Below are positions 16,207-22,933 of a stretch of DNA of 32,000 bases, piece by piece. Source of the DNA: Patescibacteria group bacterium (lineage in GTDB: Bacteria > Patescibacteriota > UBA1384 > XYA2-FULL-43-10). Every line of letters starts with the position of its first letter. Position 1 is the stretch's first letter. The notes under the pieces were generated by a model. The model saw nothing but the letters and a program-made list of their open reading frames with translations, was not told the DNA's origin and searched no databases. A program made the position numbers and the translations under genes. The stretch lies in contig JBAYVT010000003.1 in the NCBI GenBank assembly GCA_041674405.1, positions 30,001-62,000 of the forward strand, written 5' to 3'.

Positions 16207-18009
16207 CTATGTTTTCGCCTTAAAATATTTGAGAAAATCTTCTTCGTTAATTGTTTCTTTCTTTATCAGTTCGTCAGCCAATTTTTCAATGATTGATTTA
16301 TGGGTATCAATAATTTTCTTGGCTTTTTTTCTGCCTTCATCGATAAATCTGGAAACTTCTTGGTCGATTACGGCGGCAATATTTTCGCTATAATTGCGCT
16401 GCTCGGCAAGTTCTTTCCCCAAAAACGGCATTTCTTCCTTGTGGCCATAAGTCTGTGGACCTAATTTTTCAGACATTCCAAATTCAACAACCATCTTGCG
16501 CGCAAGAAGAGTTGCTCGTTTCAGGTCGTTTTGTGCTCCAGTTGTTATTTTATTTGAACCGAAAAATTCTTCTTCGGCAACGCGGCCCGCAAGAAGTGAA
16601 GCAATTTCGTCCTCAAAATAATCTTTGGCTTCGAGCCTGCGGTCTTCTGTCGGCAAATTCCAAGTATATCCTAGAGCCATGCCGCGAGAAACTATCGAGA
16701 TTTTGTGAACCGGATCGGCATTTGGCAAAATATGGCTAACAACAGCATGGCCTGACTCATGGATAGCGGTAATTTTCTTTTCATGGTCAGACATCTTCTT
16801 GCTTTTTCGCTCTGGGCCCATCATCACTTTCTCGATTGCCTCTTCCATGTTTTCTTGGGTTATGGTCTTGCGGCCAGCCCGAGCTGCTAAAATAGCTCCC
16901 TCATTTGCTAAATTTTTAAGATCAGCCCCAGAGAAACCGGCGGTTGTGGCGGCAATTCTTGAAAGATTAACATTTTTTTCGATTGGCTTATTTCGAGTAT
17001 GAATTTTTAAAATTTGTTCACGTTCGCTTCTGTCTGGAAGATCGATAGTAATGTGCCTGTCGAAGCGGCCCGGACGAAGAAGTGCTGGATCAAGTACATC
17101 TGGCCTGTTTGTAGCAGCCATGACGATGACGTTATCACCGGTATCAAAGCCGTCCATTTCAACCAAAATTTGGTTTAATGTCTGCTCACGTTCATCGTGG
17201 CTTCCACCGAGCCCAGACCCGCGCTGGCGGCCGATTGCATCCATTTCATCAATAAAGACGATTGCCGGTGCGCTCCTTTTCGCTTTAGCGAAAAGATCGC
17301 GCACTCGGGACGCACCAACACCAACAAACATCTCGACAAATTCAGATGCGGAAATTGAGAAGAAAGGAACACCTGCCTCACCAGCAACCGCCTTTGCAAG
17401 CAAGGTCTTACCGGTACCAGGAGGCCCCACAAGAAGGACTCCTCGTGGAATTTCTGCGCCCAAATCGCGAAACTTTTTTGGTGACTTCAAAAACTCGACT
17501 ACTTCGCGAAGTTCCTGCTTCGGTTCCAACAGCCCGGCGACATCATTAAATGTAGTTTTGCGCCCCAGTGAAAGACGGGCTCCAGATTTACCGAAACTCA
17601 TCGCCTTCATATTTTGCCCCTGGGCGGAACGAAGCATCCACCAAAAAAATGCGGCGATCAAAATCAAAGGCAAGAGGGTATATAGAAATATCGACGACCA
17701 GGCAACAGATGAGCTTGTGTCTACAACTTTGATATTGACCTTGTCGGATGTAATACCATATTCATTCAAGCCAACGCCATTTTCCTTGTATGCCTGCTCG
17801 GTACCTTCGCCCTTAACGTTAGCGGTAACCTGATTATCTTTCACCGTAACTTGGTCGATTTGGCCATCCTGGACCTGTTTCGCAATCTGCGAGATATCAA
17901 CCTGAGTTGGTGTTTTTGGCCGGCTGGCATAATAACTTCCGACAAGAACCGCTGCTATAAATATAATAATGATCCAATATACTGCACGGTTTCCAGATTT
18001 CTGATTCAT
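16207..18009 (-). CDS. ftsH: ATP-dependent zinc metalloprotease FtsH
   Basis: Two N-terminal TM segments, Walker A GPPGTGKT, Walker [12 protein letters not shown] and the zinc site HESGHA. SD AAGGAG lies upstream. Confidence 0.96.
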   Translation of the reverse strand: MNQKSGNRAVYWIIIIFIAAVLVGSYYASRPKTPTQVDISQIAKQVQDGQIDQVTVKDNQVTANVKGEGTEQAYKENGVGLNEYGITSDKVNIKVVDTSSSVAWSSIFLYTLLPLILIAAFFWWMLRSAQGQNMKAMSFGKSGARLSLGRKTTFNDVAGLLEPKQELREVVEFLKSPKKFRDLGAEIPRGVLLVGPPGTGKTLLAKAVAGEAGVPFFSISASEFVEMFVGVGASRVRDLFAKAKRSAPAIVFIDEMDAIGRQRGSGLGGSHDEREQTLNQILVEMDGFDTGDNVIVMAATNRPDVLDPALLRPGRFDRHITIDLPDRSEREQILKIHTRNKPIEKNVNLSRIAATTAGFSGADLKNLANEGAILAARAGRKTITQENMEEAIEKVMMGPERKSKKMSDHEKKITAIHESGHAVVSHILPNADPVHKISIVSRGMALGYTWNLPTEDRRLEAKDYFEDEIASLLAGRVAEEEFFGSNKITTGAQNDLKRATLLARKMVVEFGMSEKLGPQTYGHKEEMPFLGKELAEQRNYSENIAAVIDQEVSRFIDEGRKKAKKIIDTHKSIIEKLADELIKKETINEEDFLKYFKAKT

Positions 18010-18024
18010 TAAGCTCCTTAGTCT

Positions 18025-19023
18025 TCAATTCTTAGTCTTCAATACAATGATTTTACCACGCTCAAGGCTAACCTGTAAATGATGGGGGAGAGGCAAACTT
18101 TTCCGTCCCTCTTTTTTATATAGTAGCGTTCGCACGTTTTCAATATGAGAATAGTTAATATCTTCACCGCCACCAAGGTACTCGACAGACAGGCGAAGGG
18201 TAAGTCGTGAAAGCGACGGGCTGAGAGTTGCCCATTTTTTATAATTAAGCACAATTTCACTATTACCCCTTTTTTCAATGATCTGCCTAAGTTTATCTTC
18301 TGTCACAGACTCAAGGAAATCATAATCGTCCTCGATAGCCCGCGACGTGCTTCCTAGTGCTTCAATAACATTGGGGTTGATTTTTTTAAGCTGTGGAAGG
18401 ATTCTGTGGCGAATTTTATTTCGCAGAAAATCCAAGTTAAAATTTGATTTATCTGTCCTGTACTTGATATTTTTTAATTTAAGGTATTCCAAAATATCTG
18501 TGCGTGAAAATTTGAGTAGGGGACGGATAAAATTTTCACGCTGAGAGGGGATAGATTTAAGCCCCTTTAAACCGGTACCTCTGATTAATCTCTGTACCAG
18601 GGTTTCGGCAAGGTCATTTGAATTATGTGCAAGAGCGATTTTGGCCTCTCCCCTTTCGGTTTTTAAAATTTTTTCGAAGAACTCATAGCGGGCATTCCTC
18701 GCTTCTTCTTCGCTGGCTTTTTTATTTTTTGGTTTATTGTTCCAGTCAGCTTCAATGAGTTCTACGCCATATTTTTGGCATAGTTTTTGGACAAATTTCT
18801 TGTCTCTCTCGCTCGCCGCTCCCCTCAACTTATGATTGAAATGGCATGCTTTTAAATTATTTTTTAATTTCGAGCGTAGAATTGCGAGAATATCAAAAAG
18901 GCAGACAGAATCTGGTCCGCCGGACAAGGCAACAATTACCGTGTCGCCTTCCCCTATCAACCTCTCAGCAATGATGTTTTTGTACACCTTGATAATTAAA
19001 TTTTTTTGTGAGATTTTTGGCAT
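18025..19023 (-). CDS. tilS: tRNA(Ile)-lysidine synthase
   Basis: PP-loop SGGPDS is present with the TilS layout (…LAHNSNDLAETL…). Confidence 0.88.
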   Translation of the reverse strand: MPKISQKNLIIKVYKNIIAERLIGEGDTVIVALSGGPDSVCLFDILAILRSKLKNNLKACHFNHKLRGAASERDKKFVQKLCQKYGVELIEADWNNKPKNKKASEEEARNARYEFFEKILKTERGEAKIALAHNSNDLAETLVQRLIRGTGLKGLKSIPSQRENFIRPLLKFSRTDILEYLKLKNIKYRTDKSNFNLDFLRNKIRHRILPQLKKINPNVIEALGSTSRAIEDDYDFLESVTEDKLRQIIEKRGNSEIVLNYKKWATLSPSLSRLTLRLSVEYLGGGEDINYSHIENVRTLLYKKEGRKSLPLPHHLQVSLERGKIIVLKTKN

Positions 19024-19125
19024 ATTTTAGCTCCCAACGCCTCAAAATTCTAGCACAAAATTACGTTCATATCCATAGAAAATGTCTGACTAATTGTTTT
19101 TGTATTTGGTATTTACTCTTTAATG

Positions 19126-19167
19126 AACGTATTAAAACCCTCACGATCGTGAGGGTTTTAATACGTT
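19126..19167. repeat. 42-nt palindromic element, copy 4 (perfect palindrome)
   Basis: AACGTATTAAAACCCTCACGATCGTGAGGGTTTTAATACGTT equals its own reverse complement. It lies in the divergent region between tilS(-) and the tRNA promoter(+). Confidence 0.7.
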
Positions 19168-19190
19168 GCCCCATTTTTCAAGCAATTGGA

Positions 19191-19219
19191 TTGACTTTTC
19201 GAACAAAATTTTATATACT
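19191..19219 (+). promoter_or_regulatory. Candidate promoter TTGACT-N17-TATACT for the tRNA pair
   Basis: Hexamers lie at 19191-19196 and 19214-19219. The first tRNA starts at 19235. Confidence 0.55.
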
Positions 19220-19234
19220 TTTTAAGTAATATTC

Positions 19235-19311
19235 TGCGGGGTGGAGCAGCCCGGTAGCTCGCATGGCTCATAACCATGAGGTCGTTGGTTCAAATCCAAC
19301 CCCCGCGACCA
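19235..19311 (+). tRNA. tRNA-Met (CAU), initiator-like
   Basis: GCGGGGTGGAGCAGCCCGGTAGCTC…CTCATAA…GGTCGTTGGTTCAAATCCAACCCCCGCGACCA closely parallels bacterial tRNA-fMet. The 1-72 pair is weak (U-G). There are only two G-C pairs next to the anticodon loop rather than three. Confidence 0.85.
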
Positions 19312-19319
19312 AATTTAAA

Positions 19320-19384
19320 AGTTTCTAGTTGCTAGATACTAGTGGCTAGAATTTTTTAACTAGAAACTATAAACTAATAACTAG
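19320..19384 (+). repeat. CTAG heptad array / 11-bp inverted repeat in the inter-tRNA spacer
   Basis: CTAG occurs at 19325, 19332, 19339, 19346, 19360 and 19381, all in one 7-nt register, with CTAT at 19367 and CTAA at 19374. agtttctagtt (19320-30) pairs with aactagaaact (19358-68). Confidence 0.6.
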
Positions 19385-19385
19385 C

Positions 19386-19462
19386 GGCAGGGTAGCTCAG
19401 ATGGTTAGAGCGTGGGACTCATAAGCCCGAGGTCGTGGGTTCGATCCCCACCCCTGCTACCA
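19386..19462 (+). tRNA. tRNA-Met (CAU), elongator-like
   Basis: GGCAGGGTAGCTCAGATGGTTAGAGC…ACTCATAAG…GGTCGTGGGTTCGATCCCCAC…CCCTGCTACCA. The D-arm resembles elongator Met. The A31-G39 and G1-U72 pairs are non-canonical. Confidence 0.8.
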
Positions 19463-19470
19463 GCAAATAA

Positions 19471-19500
19471 TATGGCGATTCGCAAGAATCGTTATTTTAT
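19471..19500. terminator. Hairpin between the convergent tRNA operon and the 19529 gene
   Basis: Stem ggcgattc/gaatcgtt (two G-U pairs) with loop gcaa, followed by attttatttg. Confidence 0.5.
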
Positions 19501-19528
19501 TTGTTAAGAAGATCGGATCGAACCCAAC

Positions 19529-20479
19529 CTAGTCAGATTCTTTACGACTCGAGATCAAATAAAGAAGAATATAATATATTACAAGCTCGGCAAGTTCGAG
19601 CCAAACAAAATATTGGCACCATTTGACCGGATTGTAATAATCATGCAAAATCCAATGGACTAAGTACAATACCACGCCGCCAAAAATCGGCCAAACCCAT
19701 CCGAACACGAACCCATTTGCACGATAATTAAAATAGCCATATACAATTAGAAATAAAGCGTAAACGATAAACAAAATCCACCACCAATAGCAATAGATCA
19801 GCGAGCTTGTTTCTGCTCCCAGCGCTTCCCCATCCTCCGACTCATCTTGCACAAAATTCCCATTCGGATTTGTTGATGCCTGGATGTTTTCAACTGGTGT
19901 GATTTCCGCCAACTGATTGCCAGTACTAAAATTTTGGTTGTTAAATTGGTCAAAGTTATTTGTAGATTCAGATTGGTCTGTGCTCTCGTTACCCACTACG
20001 AAGTTAAATGATGAAGTCAAAGTCCCTTGGTAATCATTTCCAACCCCAGCGGGCAAAATAGCAATGAAATCAATATTGACAGAGCTCCCTGGGGCTATAG
20101 AACCGACTATCACATTACTTTGGGGACTTTTTGCGATATCAGCAATCGTCTTATTCCAAACAGGAACCCCATATACTCTTGGTTCCAGCCTCAACATATT
20201 GGCAAGAGATCCGAGTGGACCATCAGTGGCGATTGAGAAAGAATGTGCGACGTTCCCAGTATTTTCAACAGTTACCGTCTTGACCGTTTCAAATCCTGGC
20301 GCAATGTTGGTTTCGTTAAAAAGTGGGCCAGTCCCATCATAGGTAATTTTCAACACGCCCGCATTTACTTCTGCAGCGTTCACTCTATAGGCAAAAACAA
20401 AAGTTGAGATCAGGCCAACTATTAGCGAGGCTACCAACAGACACAAGATTAAATTTTGTTTTAGGAAGCTCTTCATCAT
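19529..20479 (-). CDS. TasA/camelysin-like domain protein with C-terminal Trp-rich 4-TM anchor
   Basis: N-terminal TM, then FAYRVNAAEVNAGVLKITYD and NIAPGFETVKTVTVENTGN, paralogous to the 21736 gene. A Q/N/S-rich linker follows, then YCYWWWILFIVYALFLIVYGYF…WILHDYYNPVKW. The start ATGA overlaps the upstream stop. Confidence 0.6.
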   Translation of the reverse strand: MMKSFLKQNLILCLLVASLIVGLISTFVFAYRVNAAEVNAGVLKITYDGTGPLFNETNIAPGFETVKTVTVENTGNVAHSFSIATDGPLGSLANMLRLEPRVYGVPVWNKTIADIAKSPQSNVIVGSIAPGSSVNIDFIAILPAGVGNDYQGTLTSSFNFVVGNESTDQSESTNNFDQFNNQNFSTGNQLAEITPVENIQASTNPNGNFVQDESEDGEALGAETSSLIYCYWWWILFIVYALFLIVYGYFNYRANGFVFGWVWPIFGGVVLYLVHWILHDYYNPVKWCQYFVWLELAELVIYYILLYLISSRKESD

Positions 20480-21105
20480 GCTCCTGGCGTCGGTGTTGTT
20501 AAATCAATAAAATCTGAAGCAAGATCCGAATCAAACCCAAGAGAACTTCTCGACAACGAATGACCAGCGGTAACATCGGGACATGCTGGGTTCCATACAG
20601 CGGTATCTGTACCATAATTCATTTGATCGACAGTAGTCCCAGAAGGGTTATTTAAGATTATTCTATCTCCGGCATTGCTAAGCCAATCAGTATTCCCGCC
20701 AAGGTTGATTGTCACTATATTGTCCCCGCTTGGGTTGCCCCAAAGCTGCCAAGTATTGTTATCATGTGACAACAAAACGAAACCATGAGCCGGAATACTC
20801 ACATCCGGATTGATGGTTTTAGTATAGTAGTTGTCTGAGATAGACCAACCTTTTATGTTAATTTCGACATCATTTGGATTGTACAATTCGATCCATTCAT
20901 TTTTTCCCTCGTCACCGTGGAGAGCATCAACATCATAGTAGACTTCGTTAATTACGACTCTATCTGGCGACGGTGTTTCCCAGGTTCCGGTTTGAAAAGT
21001 ATTATCTGAAACTTCAACTTGATCTGTAAAAACTGCGTTTGTGGCAAAACTTGCCAAACACATTACTGCGGAAATAATGAACGCGCTTTTAATAATTTTT
21101 AACAT
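20476..21105 (-). CDS. Secreted lamin-tail-domain (LTD) protein with SipW-cognate-type signal
   Basis: MLKIIKSAFIISAVMCLASFATNAVFTDQVEVSDNTFQTGTW, then LTD-like VVINEVYYD…NEWIELYNPNDVEINIKGWSISD. The start lies 1 nt after the sipW-like stop. Confidence 0.65.
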   Translation of the reverse strand: MLKIIKSAFIISAVMCLASFATNAVFTDQVEVSDNTFQTGTWETPSPDRVVINEVYYDVDALHGDEGKNEWIELYNPNDVEINIKGWSISDNYYTKTINPDVSIPAHGFVLLSHDNNTWQLWGNPSGDNIVTINLGGNTDWLSNAGDRIILNNPSGTTVDQMNYGTDTAVWNPACPDVTAGHSLSRSSLGFDSDLASDFIDLTTPTPGA

Positions 21106-21106
21106 G

Positions 21107-21667
21107 TCATTCCCCTTTGTTCTTAGTCGTCTTTACGGTCGCCTTTTTCGCCTTTTTGCGATCGGCAATTTCTTTCTTAATCTTGGATATCTCATCATAT
21201 ACGATAATCGTTGCTGGAACAATTATGATTATAATTAATCCTGGAACTGTCCTGGAAAAGCCGATGGGATAACCAATATACGGAACCTTCAAAACCACTT
21301 TTCCAACTACATTATCTTGCAGGACATAGAATTCGTCCGGAACACTATTTGCATCCCCTTTGGTCCGGTATTTTACCGTACCATTGTCGGTAGATAGTTC
21401 AACAATTCTATGAGTTATCTTTTCGTTGGGCTTTTCAATACTTTTATAAGTAATAATATCATTAACGTAATAATTATTTTCAGACTTCGTTATTATCAAA
21501 CTACCCGTTTTGATTGCTGGTTCCATTGATCCAGACTGGACGGTTAAAAATCTGACACCCCCAATAGATAATTTTGCCAAAATCGCTGCGACTGCAAACA
21601 AAATTACGATTGCAAATACAATCCAAGTAATGATCTTCCAGTAATCTACCTTTTTTACATTAGTCAT
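21107..21667 (-). CDS. sipW: Signal peptidase I, SipW (archaeal/ER) type
   Basis: N-terminal TM, catalytic box VQSGSMEPAIKTGSLI, ITHRIVE (His-type, not Lys-type), GDAN and a C-terminal TM (GLIIIIIVPATIIVY) as in SipW. Confidence 0.8.
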   Translation of the reverse strand: MTNVKKVDYWKIITWIVFAIVILFAVAAILAKLSIGGVRFLTVQSGSMEPAIKTGSLIITKSENNYYVNDIITYKSIEKPNEKITHRIVELSTDNGTVKYRTKGDANSVPDEFYVLQDNVVGKVVLKVPYIGYPIGFSRTVPGLIIIIIVPATIIVYDEISKIKKEIADRKKAKKATVKTTKNKGE

Positions 21668-21698
21668 ATTAATTTTTTTCTGCTTTAAAACCCAGTTA

Positions 21699-21719
21699 GG
21701 CCGCTTTCATAAAGCGGCC
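21699..21719 (-). terminator. 9-bp GC-rich hairpin between the TasA-like gene and the sipW-like gene (attenuator or stabiliser)
   Basis: ggccgcttt/cat/aaagcggcc lies 17 nt after the TasA-like stop. The downstream T-tract is weak, so termination is probably partial. Confidence 0.5.
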
Positions 21720-21735
21720 CTTAAGGTTTTTAAAC

Positions 21736-22263
21736 CTACAGACTGCTTTGAGCATCCATAACTATATTGAATCCAGTTGCAAGACCTTGGACACTATCAC
21801 CAGTTGCAAGCGGAAGAGTGACCTTGACCCAAATTCTTTGTGACCAACCAGCAGGCATTGGATTGAAAGCAAAAGCACTTGAGTTTATCCTATTTGCGGA
21901 ACCAGTAATACCATCCAGGGAACCTGAATAAATTAAAGCACCCGATGAATCATTATTTCTCATCTCAACTGTTAGAGCATCATAAAGAGCGTTGTCCATT
22001 GTTGTATCTACGTGGACAAAATAATATGCTGGCAACGTCCCGATATTCATGACGTCCATATATTTATTTGTTGTATCACCAGGCTTCATGTTAGAAACCG
22101 AGAATGGTAGACCAGCCTCTTTGTTAATTTGTATTTTCAAAGTGCCTGTCGCAAACGAATTCCCATTAACTGACGCTTGGCTCGTAAACACTGCCGATGT
22201 TGCCCCAATTGCAAGGGCAGCAACAATTGCGATCACTGATAGACTTTTTACAATTCTTAACAT
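21736..22263 (-). CDS. TasA/camelysin-family secreted protein (putative major fibre subunit)
   Basis: The SipW-cognate-type N-terminus MLRIVKSLSVIAIVAALAIGATSAVFTSQASVNGNSFATGTLKI resembles B. subtilis TasA (…AAFNDIKSKDATFASGTLDL). SD GAAGGAG precedes the ATG at 22263; the ORF track extends to 22299. Confidence 0.75.
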   Translation of the reverse strand: MLRIVKSLSVIAIVAALAIGATSAVFTSQASVNGNSFATGTLKIQINKEAGLPFSVSNMKPGDTTNKYMDVMNIGTLPAYYFVHVDTTMDNALYDALTVEMRNNDSSGALIYSGSLDGITGSANRINSSAFAFNPMPAGWSQRIWVKVTLPLATGDSVQGLATGFNIVMDAQSSL

Positions 22264-22441
22264 AATAACTCCTTCTTTCATAATTTTGAAATTATTCATA
22301 AGGCATCGACCACCCCCAAAGTGGCCTTATGTTAAGCTAACATTAAAAACCAATGAGCACAAACATTCCAAATTGCAAAGACAATTTGTTTTTCATGAGC
22401 TAAATATATGCCCGGCAATATATACCTGTCAATAGTTGAGT

Positions 22442-22867
22442 TCAATTAAAAAAATATTTTATCCAAAGCCTATAATTAGGTGTTTTTATCGTCTTCTCGG
22501 TTCTGCCCAGATCAGCAACTTGATCCTCCGGGGTGTCTTTGGGTAACACAATCACTTTTTCCCCGGGTGCCATATAACCCAATTTTGCCCGCGCCTCCTT
22601 TTCTTTAAACGACTGGGTCTTGTAATATGCTATTTCCATTTGCAACATCTCAACATCTGATTGTAATTTCGCGACCCTTTGCCTTTCCCCTTCGACTTGT
22701 TTATTCGATTCATAATTTACCCAGATACTACGTCCTACGACGAACAAAAGGTATAAAATAAAAGCAAAAATCAGCAAATTGCTGAATGTCATCGGCAAAA
22801 TTGATTCTATCCTGTCTTTGGTTCTGGCAAAAAAACCTTTCCGTTCCATAATATTATTATACAACAA
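22442..22867 (-). CDS. Septum formation initiator family protein (FtsB/DivIC-like)
   Basis: One TM, a coiled coil (QRVAKLQSDVEMLQMEIAYYKT) and a conserved tail (SFKEKEARAKLGYMAPGEKVIV). The start is ambiguous between TTG 22867 and ATG 22849. Confidence 0.7.
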   Translation of the reverse strand: MLYNNIMERKGFFARTKDRIESILPMTFSNLLIFAFILYLLFVVGRSIWVNYESNKQVEGERQRVAKLQSDVEMLQMEIAYYKTQSFKEKEARAKLGYMAPGEKVIVLPKDTPEDQVADLGRTEKTIKTPNYRLWIKYFFN

Positions 22868-22882
22868 AGTTTATCCAAGACT

Positions 22883-22916
22883 AAAAGAAGCTCCGTGTTC
22901 ACGGAGCTTCTTTTTT
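22883..22916. terminator. Bidirectional-looking terminator after the large surface protein gene
   Basis: 10-bp stem gaagctccgt/acggagcttc with loop gttc, flanked by AAAA and TTTTTT. Confidence 0.65.
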
Positions 22917-22933
22917 GAATGCCTATGCGTAAA

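Noticed and set aside
17051-17833. 260-aa plus-strand ORF
   Set aside because: It lies entirely antisense to the conserved AAA+ core of ftsH. The product is Ser/Arg/Pro-rich and low in complexity, with no start context. This is a typical shadow ORF.
7256-19167. CRISPR array or MITE interpretation of the 42-nt palindromes
   Set aside because: The copies are dispersed kilobases apart rather than arrayed with spacers. No target-site duplications, cas genes or transposase are visible.
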